Positions 18,989-28,958 of a stretch of DNA of 64,000 bases are shown here, piece by piece (position 1 is the stretch's first letter; each line of letters begins with the position of its first letter). Under the pieces are notes generated by a model. It searched no databases. It saw only the letters and a program-made list of their open reading frames with translations, and was not told the origin of the DNA. The DNA is from an uncultured bacterium. Its GTDB lineage: Bacteria; Zixibacteria; MSB-5A5; CAIYYT01. A program made the position numbers and the translations under genes. The stretch spans positions 24,482-88,481 of the forward strand of contig CAVOPW010000003.1 in assembly GCA_963698225.1 (NCBI GenBank), written 5' to 3'.

Positions 18989-19554
18989 AGTTTCGTGAAA
19001 GAATGCAGCAGTGGTTCGTGCGCGTGCAGGCCCGCCAGTGCCGAATGGTTGCTTATGAATTTCCCGGCTCAATCCGCGGGTCAAAGCGCATCGTTGTGAC
19101 CTTGCCAGCCGGAATTCAGACCAATAGCGTTCTGCTGCGGATGATCGGCGAGTTGCCGGTGATATTCCCCTCCAGTGATCTGATGGTCGTTGTTCCAACC
19201 GGCTGTACCGAAGTTGCGCGCAAGACCGGGATGCATGCCATCTCGCCCGACCTGTATGCGGCGAATATGATTGGATTGCCGAAGCAGGAATTTTTCAAGA
19301 AGGTCGCTGATTTTGATTCCTCCGTTTTTATCGATTTCGAGACGCATCGCAATATTTTCAACGCCCTGGTAGCCATCAACTCCGGAGCCAGTTTACGAAT
19401 CGGTCTGGCGGGAGTTTGGGGGGCGCCGATTCACAATTTTGAGATTCGGTCAAGCTTCCAACATGACGAACTCAAGGTCTATCGCAGTATGATCGATCTG
19501 CTGACGTCGATTCAGTTGACGTCAGTCATGCCGGATTTTCGCGAGACAAACTAA
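18985..19554 (+). CDS. Hypothetical protein
   Basis: 189-aa ORF overlapping the rodZ stop. No confident domain assignment. Coding-like codon usage. Confidence 0.45.
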   Translation: MKFRERMQQWFVRVQARQCRMVAYEFPGSIRGSKRIVVTLPAGIQTNSVLLRMIGELPVIFPSSDLMVVVPTGCTEVARKTGMHAISPDLYAANMIGLPKQEFFKKVADFDSSVFIDFETHRNIFNALVAINSGASLRIGLAGVWGAPIHNFEIRSSFQHDELKVYRSMIDLLTSIQLTSVMPDFRETN

Positions 19555-19575
19555 CTTCGGGGACAGGAGTCTAAT

Positions 19576-22500
19576 TTGTATTTATCGGGACTAGAGATAC
19601 TCGGATTCAAATCTTTTCCTTTAAAGACCTCGGTTGAGTTTGCCGCTGGGATCACCGGCGTTGTCGGCCCGAACGGCTGCGGCAAGACAAACGTCCTGGA
19701 TGCTATCCGCTGGGTACTCGGCGAGCAGCGAATTTCCATCTTGCGCGGCGGAAAAATGGAAGATGTCATTTTTGCGGGAACTCGCGAGATGAAGCCGCTG
19801 GGGATGGCCGAAGTGGCGCTGCACATCGTCAATAATCGCGGCGTTCTGCCTACGGAGTATAGCAATCTCACGATTGCCCGGCGCCTGCATCGATCCGGCG
19901 AATCGGAGTACCTGCTGAACAACGTGTCGTGTCGCCTCAAGGACATCAATGATTTGTTCGCCGACACGGGAATGGGCGCGCACGCCTATTCGGTGATCGA
20001 ACTGGATATGGTAGAGGCGATTCTTTCGGACAAGGCCGATCAAAGGCGGATGTTGTTTGAGGAAGCGGCCGGCATTACCAAATACAAACATCGGAAGAAA
20101 GCCGCGCTGCGCAAATTAGAGGCGACCGAACAGGACTTGCTGCGCCTGCTGGACATTCTCGGCGAAGTTTCGACGCAAGTCAATAGTTTGAGCCGGCAAA
20201 TGAAGAAGGCCGAGCGCTACAAGTATTATGAAGATCGCTTTAAGACAGTCGGGCAGGTCATACTCAAGGAAAAGTATCGCCGGCTGCACGGGCAGCTTCA
20301 GCGCGTGCGCGACGAGAAGCGCCTAAGCCAGATCAAGCTGGCTGAATTGAGCGGTGAAATTGACCGTTGGGAATTGGCGCGCGAAGACTATGCTGCAAAG
20401 AGCCTCGAGTTATCGGAGCAATTGCGCGGATTTCGGATGCAAGCGGAGGAAGTCTCTGCGCAGTGCCATCGCTTCGAATCGGAAATCTCGGTAACAGAAG
20501 AGCGCATCCACTCGGCCGAAATCGGCGAGCAAAACGACCAGCGTGATATTGAAAATCTCAAGGTCAAGATCGAGCAGATTGCGCAGGAAAAAATCGGCCT
20601 GCAAGAGAAGGCAGTATCGTTGCAGGGCTCGCTCGCCGAGGCGCGATGCGATTTGCAAGTGCGAGAGGCAACGCTTAACGCGAAGATCGCCGAACTTGAG
20701 CAGGCCCGCGACGCGACTCAGAATCAGCAGCGGGACTTGTTCGAGATAGAAGGGCGGAAGAACCTCACCGAGCAAACGCGGACGCAACTTCGGCAACAGA
20801 TTGAAGAGCTGCAGATACAATCCAGGAGAATCAGCGAGCGCGACCTGCTGTTGACTGCGGAGAGCGAAGAATGCGTCGGCCGCCTTGCGATCATCGAAGA
20901 GAAACAACAGAAGACCCGCGACGATATTGCTTCGCTCGAGAAGAGTTCGGCAGACCTGGTCGCCGATCGCGATGCTACCGCGGCGCGCCTGACGGAGCTG
21001 CAAACGGAGCTAAACAGCAAGAGCGTTCAGCTCAATTCCATCCAGGCACAGACCGAGCTATTGTCGCGGATGATCGCGCACTATGAGGGATATGGTTCCG
21101 GTGTCACAAGTATTTTTTCGCACCGTGAAGGAATTCCCGGAGTTGTCGATACCGCGGCGAATCTGATCCGTGTCAAGGCGGAGTACACGGCAGCCATTGA
21201 AACCGCTTTGGGAGATGCCGCGGAGTACATCGTGGTCGAAGACCGTGTGGCCGCGCATCTGGCGATTGATCATTTGCGCGCAAACAAGCGCGGGCGTGCC
21301 ACCTTCATCATCAAATCGGAACTTGAGAGCTGGTCGAAGGATCACAAGCTGGCCCGTCCGGGCGGATTCGGCGGCAATCTGGTGCATGCCGCTGACGTAA
21401 TCTCTGCAGTTCCCGGATACGAAAAGCTAGCCGATCTGCTGCTTGGCGATGTCCTGATTGTTAACGATCAGGATTCCGCCGAGAAGCTGATCGAACTTGG
21501 ACAGGGCGATTTTCGCGTAGTGACACTGGACGGACATTATTATCCGACGCGTCAATTACACACGGGCGGTGGCGAAAAGCAGGTACCGCTGTTAGGTCGA
21601 GAAAGTGATCTTACGCGACTACATGTGGAGATTGACAGGCTGACGACCGAAACGGAATCGATCCGGGCTGAGATCGAGCGCTGGGGACAGCATCGCACCG
21701 AGATCGAAAGCAGTCAAGGGGACGCGGCCAGGCGGGAGTCCGAACTGCGAAATGCGGCGGCCGAGCTACAAATCGAACACGCGAGCCACAAACATCGAAT
21801 CCAGCAGATTGGGGATTCGCGCCTGGAGTTCACATCGGAGTTTAACCGGCTTGGTGAAAAGAGCGCGAGTCTGACCAGCCGGCTGGAGGCGCTGGAGGGC
21901 GACGTGTCGCGTTTAGCTGCCGATTCGGAAGGCCGGTTGATTTCTTTGCAGTCTCAGCAATCTTCAGTTGAGATGCTGCAGCAAGCGGTCAATGGCGCGG
22001 CGCACCAGGTTGAAGAGCTGCGCTTGAGAGCGATTCGGCAACAGACTGAACTGAACTCGCTTGAGAACAATCTTCAGCGCATTGACGAATTGTCAGCGGA
22101 GATGCAATCGCAGCGGGAATACCGAATCAGCACCTGCGAATCGCGGGTCTCCGAAGTTGCCGGGCTGCGCGAGCGTATCGGGGACTGCCGCCGGCAGTTG
22201 GATGAGAAGCTGCGCCAGCGCGAGTCGCTGCGCGGGGAAGAGTTGGCGTTGACGAGTAAGCAGGGTGAGCTAAGCGAGAAGCAGTCGGAGTTTGACCAGA
22301 TACTTAAAGCAAACCGCCGGCAGCGCGAAGAAATTAACGACCAAAACCAGACACTGCTGGTGCAGGAGACGGAGCTGAATGCCCGTCACGAAGATGTGAT
22401 CGGGCAGTTACGGGAGCTTTACGGCATAGATGTCGTCTCGATAATCATGCCGGAGCCGCTGGCCGACGAGACTTTCCATGAGTTGGAAGCGGAACTGCAG

Positions 22501-23397
22501 GACTGCCGCGCGAAGCAGCAGCAGATCGGCATGGTCAACATGCTGGCGCTGGAGGAGTATGAGCGCGAGTCGGAACGCGAGCGCTTCCTACGCGGCCAGA
22601 TCGACGATCTCACCAGGGCGAAGGACGATCTCAAGTCGACGATCACCCGCATCAACACGACGGCGCGCAAGATGTTTTCCGACACGTTTGTCCAGGTTCG
22701 ATCAAATTTCCAGCAGGTCTTCGCCGAGCTGTTTCAGGGCGGCGAAGCGGACTTGCGCTTGGAGAATGAGGACGATCCGCTGGAGTCGCCGGTGCAGATT
22801 TCCGCCCGGCCACGCGGGAAGCGTTTTCTGAATATCACGCAATTGTCCGGCGGGGAAAAAGCGTTGACGGCGATTTCGCTGTTGTTTGCGATCTACCTGG
22901 TCAAACCATCGCCCTTCTGTATTCTCGACGAAGTAGATGCGCCGTTGGATGATGCCAATGTGATGCGATTCCTGCGCATGGTGCGCAGCTTCATCGGCAG
23001 GACGCAGTTCATCATCATCACGCACAACAAGCGGACGATGGAGCAGTGTGACCGGCTTTATGGCGTCACGATGCAGCAGCCGGGAGTGAGCCAGATTGTG
23101 TCGGTGGATTTCGAGGGCAAGGGGCGCCGCATCGAACTCGAGGCGATGAGTTTCATCGGTACGGAGGCAAGACCGGCCGAGCCTGAACCCACACCCGAAC
23201 CTGTTTTGGTGATGGCGACTGTCGATGACGAGCTGGGAGCAGAATTCGATGAAGCCGAAACAAAGGGAGATAAGCCCGCCCAACCGGAAACAGCGAAACC
23301 GGAGCCGGAGTACTCGACGACCGATGACGACGACGAGTATGATGACGATGACGATGATTATGAAGATGATGATGACGATGACGAGGACGACGGTTAA
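19576..23397 (+). CDS. smc: Chromosome segregation protein SMC with an unusual poly-Asp/Glu C-terminal tail
   Basis: N-terminal Walker A GPNGCGKTNVLDAIRWVLGEQ. Long coiled coils. Signature motif LSGGEKALTAISLLFAI and Walker B ILDEVDAPLD. About 80 extra C-terminal residues end in DDDDEYDDDDDDYEDDDDDDEDDG. TTG start. Confidence 0.9.
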   Translation: MYLSGLEILGFKSFPLKTSVEFAAGITGVVGPNGCGKTNVLDAIRWVLGEQRISILRGGKMEDVIFAGTREMKPLGMAEVALHIVNNRGVLPTEYSNLTIARRLHRSGESEYLLNNVSCRLKDINDLFADTGMGAHAYSVIELDMVEAILSDKADQRRMLFEEAAGITKYKHRKKAALRKLEATEQDLLRLLDILGEVSTQVNSLSRQMKKAERYKYYEDRFKTVGQVILKEKYRRLHGQLQRVRDEKRLSQIKLAELSGEIDRWELAREDYAAKSLELSEQLRGFRMQAEEVSAQCHRFESEISVTEERIHSAEIGEQNDQRDIENLKVKIEQIAQEKIGLQEKAVSLQGSLAEARCDLQVREATLNAKIAELEQARDATQNQQRDLFEIEGRKNLTEQTRTQLRQQIEELQIQSRRISERDLLLTAESEECVGRLAIIEEKQQKTRDDIASLEKSSADLVADRDATAARLTELQTELNSKSVQLNSIQAQTELLSRMIAHYEGYGSGVTSIFSHREGIPGVVDTAANLIRVKAEYTAAIETALGDAAEYIVVEDRVAAHLAIDHLRANKRGRATFIIKSELESWSKDHKLARPGGFGGNLVHAADVISAVPGYEKLADLLLGDVLIVNDQDSAEKLIELGQGDFRVVTLDGHYYPTRQLHTGGGEKQVPLLGRESDLTRLHVEIDRLTTETESIRAEIERWGQHRTEIESSQGDAARRESELRNAAAELQIEHASHKHRIQQIGDSRLEFTSEFNRLGEKSASLTSRLEALEGDVSRLAADSEGRLISLQSQQSSVEMLQQAVNGAAHQVEELRLRAIRQQTELNSLENNLQRIDELSAEMQSQREYRISTCESRVSEVAGLRERIGDCRRQLDEKLRQRESLRGEELALTSKQGELSEKQSEFDQILKANRRQREEINDQNQTLLVQETELNARHEDVIGQLRELYGIDVVSIIMPEPLADETFHELEAELQDCRAKQQQIGMVNMLALEEYERESERERFLRGQIDDLTRAKDDLKSTITRINTTARKMFSDTFVQVRSNFQQVFAELFQGGEADLRLENEDDPLESPVQISARPRGKRFLNITQLSGGEKALTAISLLFAIYLVKPSPFCILDEVDAPLDDANVMRFLRMVRSFIGRTQFIIITHNKRTMEQCDRLYGVTMQQPGVSQIVSVDFEGKGRRIELEAMSFIGTEARPAEPEPTPEPVLVMATVDDELGAEFDEAETKGDKPAQPETAKPEPEYSTTDDDDEYDDDDDDYEDDDDDDEDDG

Positions 23398-24317
23398 TGG
23401 GCTTCTCGTTCAAGAAGCTGGCGCAAGGGCTTCTCAAGACCAAAGAAAACATCGTCAGCAAACTCAAGACGGCCGTGGGTTTGCACAAAAAAATCGATGC
23501 CGAGCTCCTGGATGAAATCGAAGAGATTCTCATTTCGGCCGACATCAGCGTCGAGACTACCGGGAAGGTTGTCGACAATCTCAAAGTGCGGGTGGCCAAG
23601 CAGGGAATTGACAATTCCGACGAAGTCTACGGCCTGCTGAAAGACTCGCTGACAGAACTATTCGCTTTTCAGAGCGCGGACAGGTCGTTTTTTGAAGTGG
23701 CACCCAAGCCATATGTCATCATGATTGTCGGCGTCAACGGAACCGGTAAAACGACGTCGATAGCGAAAATTGCGCGGCGGTTCATGAATGACGGCAAGAA
23801 GGTCACCATGGCAGCAGCAGATACTTTTCGCGCCGCGGCAATTGACCAGCTGTCGATCTGGGCTGCCCGGGTCGGATGCAATATCGTCAAGGGCCAGGAA
23901 GGAGGCGACAGCGCGTCCGTAGCCTTTGATGCCGTGGCAGCCGCGCTGGCACGCGGAGACGATCTGGTGATCATCGATACGGCCGGTCGATTACACACTA
24001 AATTGAATCTGATGGAAGAACTCAGCAAAGTGAAACGCGTCATCCGGAAGGCGATGCCGGATGCGCCGCACCGCACACTGCTGGTGATCGACGGTACGAC
24101 CGGACAAAACGCTCTGCAGCAAGTGGAGATTTTCAACAAGCTGTTGCAGATTGACGGCGTCATTATCACAAAATTGGACGGTACCGCCAAAGGCGGCGCG
24201 GTATTTTCGATTGTCGACAAGTTCAAGTTGCCGGTGGTGCTGATTGGGATCGGCGAGCAGATGGATGATCTTGATGAATTCAACCCCCGCGACTTTGTTG
24301 AAGCAATGTTCGCATGA
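23397..24317 (+). CDS. ftsY: Signal recognition particle receptor FtsY
   Basis: NG domain with GVNGTGKTT, DTAGR and TKLDGTAKGG motifs. Conserved smc-ftsY synteny. Start overlaps the smc stop (TAATGG). Confidence 0.9.
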   Translation: MGFSFKKLAQGLLKTKENIVSKLKTAVGLHKKIDAELLDEIEEILISADISVETTGKVVDNLKVRVAKQGIDNSDEVYGLLKDSLTELFAFQSADRSFFEVAPKPYVIMIVGVNGTGKTTSIAKIARRFMNDGKKVTMAAADTFRAAAIDQLSIWAARVGCNIVKGQEGGDSASVAFDAVAAALARGDDLVIIDTAGRLHTKLNLMEELSKVKRVIRKAMPDAPHRTLLVIDGTTGQNALQQVEIFNKLLQIDGVIITKLDGTAKGGAVFSIVDKFKLPVVLIGIGEQMDDLDEFNPRDFVEAMFA

Positions 24318-24712
24318 CCGGTCGCTTCACACTCAGGACGACTGCGCGTAATCAACTCATTGATATTTCTGCACAAGTACGGGACTTCATTATCAGCTCG
24401 AAGTTCCGCGATGGGCTATGTGTCGTTTTTGTGCCGCACACGACGGCAGCGATCACGATCAATGAAAACGCCGACCCGAGTGTCAAGTCAGACATACTTC
24501 GAAAGCTGAGTGAATCTTTTCCGCAGGAAGACGGCTATCGGCATACCGAAGGCAACTCCGACTCGCACATCAAGTCGTCGCTGGTCGGCTGTTCCGAGAC
24601 GGTCCTGGTCGATAACGGAGAATTGCTCTTGGGAACCTGGCAGGGGATATACTTCTGTGAATTCGACGGGCCGCGGCAGAGACAGTACATCGTGAAGTTG
24701 GTCGGCGGCTAA
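24314..24712 (+). CDS. yjbQ: YjbQ/UPF0047 family protein (secondary thiamine-phosphate synthase-like)
   Basis: VVFVPHTTAAITINENADPSV...DSHIKSSLVG...LGTWQGIYFCEFDGPRQR is typical of YjbQ. Confidence 0.8.
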   Translation: MTGRFTLRTTARNQLIDISAQVRDFIISSKFRDGLCVVFVPHTTAAITINENADPSVKSDILRKLSESFPQEDGYRHTEGNSDSHIKSSLVGCSETVLVDNGELLLGTWQGIYFCEFDGPRQRQYIVKLVGG

Positions 24713-24714
24713 TC

Positions 24715-25179
24715 TTGCAGATAGAGATCATTTCCGTCGGAAAGATCAGATCCGCCTGGATTCAAGCGGGGACAGATCACTATCTCAAGCTCCTGTCGAG
24801 ATACGCCGAAGTGAAGGTAACCGCAGTGAAAGAGGCTGACAGCGCCTCCTTGTCGGTGGCACAGGTACTGGCGACCGAGGCCGAACGGATTCGCAAGGCA
24901 ATTCTGCCGCGCACATACATTCTCCTCCTGGATGTCGAGGGCAAGCAATTCAGTTCCGAGCGTTTCTCACAACTTATCAGCAACGTCAAATTCGGAAGTT
25001 CGCAGATCCAACTGGTTGTTGGCGGGGCTTTCGGGTTGAGTACGGAGTTGAAGCGGGAGTTTCCGCAACATGTCTCGTTGTCGCCAATGACATTTCCACA
25101 CGAATTGACGACAGTAATGTTGCTTGAACAGCTCTATCGGGCTTGTTCAATCGACGCCGGCTCGAAGTATCACAAGTAG
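24715..25179 (+). CDS. rlmH: 23S rRNA (pseudouridine1915-N3)-methyltransferase RlmH
   Basis: SPOUT fold family (MQIEIISVGK...YLKLL...LLDVEGKQFSSE...LVVGGAFGL...LSPMTFPHEL). TTG start. Confidence 0.85.
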   Translation: MQIEIISVGKIRSAWIQAGTDHYLKLLSRYAEVKVTAVKEADSASLSVAQVLATEAERIRKAILPRTYILLLDVEGKQFSSERFSQLISNVKFGSSQIQLVVGGAFGLSTELKREFPQHVSLSPMTFPHELTTVMLLEQLYRACSIDAGSKYHK

Positions 25180-25258
25180 CTTACATACAACAAATAAAAA
25201 GGCCCCACCGCAGAAGCGGCGAGGCCATGCCCCGAAGCTGGACTAGCCAAAGGTCGTG

Positions 25259-27481
25259 TTAGTTGCCGGCAAGGGCAGTCAGTCGCTGCCAACCCGATTG
25301 ATTCGACATGCGGGCGATTTGGGCCGACGAAGCGACTTTGCGGAAGGAATCGTATGACTTGCGGGCGTCGTTTTCATCGCCCTGGGCCAATTCCGTGAGT
25401 GCCAGGTAGCCGTAGATTTCCGGGTACTCGTCGCCGTGCTTGCGGATCTTCTTGAGAATCTTCTCGGCGTCTTTGTAGCGGTTGGTTACGTAAAACGCTT
25501 TGCCGACATCAAACAACGCCTGTTGGTCGTCTGGAGTGAAGCTAAGGGCCTTCTGCAGATCGTTCAACCCGTTGTCGTAGTCGCCGGCAGAGATCTTTGC
25601 CCAGCCGCGCAGACTGAAAGCGTCGGAGGCATCCGGCTGAAACTCGATGATCTTGTCATAGCAGGCAATTGCCTGGCTATACATCGCCGAGTTGATATAG
25701 AGATCGGCGGCAGAACGATAGTCGGCGCGAGCATTTAGCCGCTTGCCGGCCTGCAGATGTGCTTCGCCGCGCCGCAGATACGCCTTCACCATTGAAGAAT
25801 TCTTGGCCAATGCCAGAGTATAGTAACCCACGGCTTCGATGTATTTTTGTTCCCGGTGAAGCGCCTCTGCCTGTTCAAAGAAATCGTCAGCCGTGTATTC
25901 GATCGGCTGGTTGTCATTGAGAGCAAGTAAGTTGGCGGTCAGTTCGGTTGTCTGACCACCGACGATGTTGACAACTTGGGCGATTTCCTGATATCCATCG
26001 GCCTGAATGACAATATTGCGCGCGCCAGGCTTAAGTCGCTTGAACACCTGGCTGATCTTGCCGAGGGTTTTGCCATCCAAGAGCACGTTCGCATCCGCGA
26101 TATTGCACTGAATCTTGAGGGTTCCGTACTCGGGTTGCTCTTCTGCCGGGCTGGGCACGACAACCACGCTGCGTGGCGGTGTCGAGGTCCTGGAAATTTG
26201 CGGCAGCAACGGCGTCACATTGCCAAAGACGATATCGCTCTGATTGTCCTGGATAATAACAGGGAAAAAGCGAGCTTCATAGAGACCGCCCTCAAGTTTG
26301 ACATCGTAACGGCCGTTCGCTACGCCCTTGAATTGAAACAGGCCGTTTTCATCCGTAACGGTGGAGATGTTAAGTTGAGGAATGGAGACGGAAATCCCGG
26401 CGAGCACTTCGTTCGTTTCCGAATTGGTTACCACACCGAAAAGTGTCGCCTTCATGGGCGCCGGCGCAGTGAGACTCTGCACGATCATGATAATCACAAG
26501 CACTGCGACAAGAACGCCGCCAAGAATCCAGCTGCGCTTGTCAATGGCGCCTTTGCGCACGAGGTATTCCTGGTCGTTATGATAAATACGGTCGCCGGGT
26601 AACATGCGAGTCTTGTCCGGGAGGGTCAATTTGTTGCCGCGAATGTGAGCTATCGGTATCGCCGGCGCGATGGGTTCTGGTTCTACGACTGCCGAATCCA
26701 GATGCACAGCTTCCGAGTGCGGATTATCATTGACGATGTTCTTAGAAAGTGAGCCACTGTGCGGCGTGGTGTCGATTGCCTGATCATGCTCTTGGTTGCC
26801 GGCACTGAACGGCTGAATGCTTGGCAATGGTTCATTATGAAGCGACTTGTTGAGACTGTCGAGCAGCCGATGTTTCTCCTCAACCGGTAGTGCGGGCTCA
26901 ACGACCTTTGGCCGGGAACAGCCCATCGGGTTCTTGACTTCGGGCTCATTCTCCTGTACGTCGTTATCCTCAATCGGCGTCAGTTTTGACTGTATCTCCG
27001 ACAGTCTGTCCAATTGTGGGTTGGTCGGTTGTACCAGGCCGGCGGTAGTCGTTTGCTCGTCAAGATGTTCTTGCGGCTGGTCATTCAAGAGGTAATCGGA
27101 TGCCGATTCAATGCCGAGAGAGTTGGTCCCGACGGTATTTTCATCGCCACAGGGCTGTGCTTGCTCGACAGGGCCATCACTGCCATAAAGCTTTAGTAAT
27201 TTGTCGATTCCGCCTTCGTGCGTTGAAGCGCCAAGGCTTTTGAGATCTGCGGCGCGGTCTTCGGGATCAGAAACGTCTTCGACGGTAAATTCTTCGCCGG
27301 CAGACTCCGTTTCGGCCACGGCCTGTTTAGCCTTAATGTGAATCTTCTCTGTCACGTTTAAGTGGTTGGGTTCAGCGATGACTTCGACAGCAACCTTTGC
27401 GGATAGTTCGGCCCCGCAACGTCGACAGAATGCTGCGCCGTCAAAATGATTCTCAGAACCGCATTTGCTGCACTCGATCAT
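25259..27481 (-). CDS. Membrane protein: N-terminal zinc-ribbon, disordered acidic linker, TM, CarboxypepD_reg-like and PEGA-like domains, C-terminal TPR repeats
   Basis: N-terminal MIECSKCGSENHFDGAAFCRRCGAEL (CxxC..CxxC). TM ILGGVLVAVLVIIMIV. Periplasmic GVVTNSETNEVLAGISVSIP...GRYDVKLE, GTLKIQCNIADANVLLDGKTLGK, then TPR-like repeats. GGGAG RBS. Confidence 0.7.
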   Translation of the reverse strand: MIECSKCGSENHFDGAAFCRRCGAELSAKVAVEVIAEPNHLNVTEKIHIKAKQAVAETESAGEEFTVEDVSDPEDRAADLKSLGASTHEGGIDKLLKLYGSDGPVEQAQPCGDENTVGTNSLGIESASDYLLNDQPQEHLDEQTTTAGLVQPTNPQLDRLSEIQSKLTPIEDNDVQENEPEVKNPMGCSRPKVVEPALPVEEKHRLLDSLNKSLHNEPLPSIQPFSAGNQEHDQAIDTTPHSGSLSKNIVNDNPHSEAVHLDSAVVEPEPIAPAIPIAHIRGNKLTLPDKTRMLPGDRIYHNDQEYLVRKGAIDKRSWILGGVLVAVLVIIMIVQSLTAPAPMKATLFGVVTNSETNEVLAGISVSIPQLNISTVTDENGLFQFKGVANGRYDVKLEGGLYEARFFPVIIQDNQSDIVFGNVTPLLPQISRTSTPPRSVVVVPSPAEEQPEYGTLKIQCNIADANVLLDGKTLGKISQVFKRLKPGARNIVIQADGYQEIAQVVNIVGGQTTELTANLLALNDNQPIEYTADDFFEQAEALHREQKYIEAVGYYTLALAKNSSMVKAYLRRGEAHLQAGKRLNARADYRSAADLYINSAMYSQAIACYDKIIEFQPDASDAFSLRGWAKISAGDYDNGLNDLQKALSFTPDDQQALFDVGKAFYVTNRYKDAEKILKKIRKHGDEYPEIYGYLALTELAQGDENDARKSYDSFRKVASSAQIARMSNQSGWQRLTALAGN

Positions 27482-27687
27482 AGTACTCCCGCTAATTGTT
27501 AAAGGATTCGAATCATTGGTTTTATCGTCACAATTCCGGAATACTTTTGGTCAAATTTCGCCTTGATTCGTCATATTGACTGTATGAAAATTATCACTTG
27601 ACACAATCGCCGGCAGCCAATATCCTGATGACTTGATAAACTGTCGGAAGTTGTTGTTTTTTATATGGTTTGGGAGGATGACCCGAA

Positions 27688-28726
27688 ATGATTAAGAGAC
27701 TTATTGCTTGCGGAATTCTGGTCTTGGCGATTTCAGCGCTTGCTGGATGCGGCGACGATCCAGAGGATACAAACGGGAATGGCGCCAATTCCGTGCTACT
27801 CCGCCCGGATCGATTCCCTTCCCTTTATGAAGGACTCGTTTACGAGGGCTGGATGGTCAATATCGATGAAGATTCGAATTGGGTTGAAAGCGTCTCGCTC
27901 GGCAAGTTCTTCTGGAACGAATATGAATACAGATTCCTGACTCCGAACGAAGCAAAGACAGTACGCGATTCAATTTTCGCGATTCCGGGAGAAAATCCAG
28001 ACGCCTACGCTTGGGACATGATTGCGATCACCTTGGAAGAGTATCCGACAGATCGCAGCGCAGAACCGTCCGCGACAATTGTTGCTCAAAGTGCAATTGA
28101 ACGCGACATTTCGACGTTTATGCGCTTTCCGGTCAATTTCGACGGCATTCCAGCCGGCTCGTTTGTCGTGGCGACATTTTCGGACGGCTTATGGAAGACA
28201 CTGGGCGAACCGGATGCAGCCAGCGAGCGGTTCGGATTGTGGTTCCTCACTTACACTCCGGGTGCGACGAATTTTGAGCAAAATGAAAAACTTGATGTTG
28301 GCATGACCTTGCCGGTATTACCAGATACCGGTTATCTCTATGAAGGCTGGGTGGCGCTCAACGGTGGGGACACGGTCTCAACTGGCAAATTCTTCTATCC
28401 CGATTATCAGGACTATGACAACAAGTCATTGCGAGCTTCGCTCGATTGCTAATTTTCCGGGAGAGGACTTCCTGCTTAATCGACCGGGATGGATTCCCGA
28501 AGATCGTTGGCCGCTGGATATTACTCGGGGAGGTGTCGCGTTTATATCGGTCGAGCCGAATCCTGACAATGATCTTCGGCGCCCGTCAAACCTCATCGTA
28601 CTGCGTGGGAACCTCCCGCAGGCCGTCCCACCGCCGTACACCGCTATGCGGAGAACAAATTATCCGATAGGCAGCGTAGCGGGCGTGACATTCCCGAAAG
28701 TCGAAGCCGTCTTTCTCGAGCGTTGA
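27688..28726 (+). CDS. Lipoprotein of unknown function, probably split by a frameshift at about 28450 (track ORFs 27688..28452 and 28340..28726)
   Basis: Lipobox LAGC in MIKRLIACGILVLAISALAGCGDD, and repeated GKFF(W/Y) motifs. After the stop, the next frame continues as protein-like ANFPGEDFLLNRPGWIPEDRWPLDITRGGVAFISVEPNPDND.... GGAGG RBS. Confidence 0.5.
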
Positions 28727-28958
28727 CGAAAGGAAATAGTCGGCTCATCATGAGTCAAGACGAGGCCGGCGCTATCAAGCGCCGGCCTTTTGCTTGGTGG
28801 GCCTATGGAGAGCTGGAGAAAAGGCAGGCATAACTATCAGAATGGATGGAGTTGTCAATATTTTTTTGCTCTAAAAGTGGGTCTATCAACCATTTGTGTC
28901 GGTGTTAACAGTTGTTTTTTGAAACTTTTGTGCGTAACTTTCGTTCATCGAGAACTAA

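Noticed and set aside
23320-23395. GAT/GAC/GAA trinucleotide-rich stretch that looks like a microsatellite or CRISPR-free repeat
   Set aside because: It is in-frame coding sequence for the acidic tail of SMC and not a spacer-repeat array. No CRISPR repeats were found anywhere in the window.
25180-25258. Possible terminator hairpin after rlmH (ggcccc...ggcc)
   Set aside because: The stem is short and imperfect with no T-tract. It does not convincingly form an intrinsic terminator.
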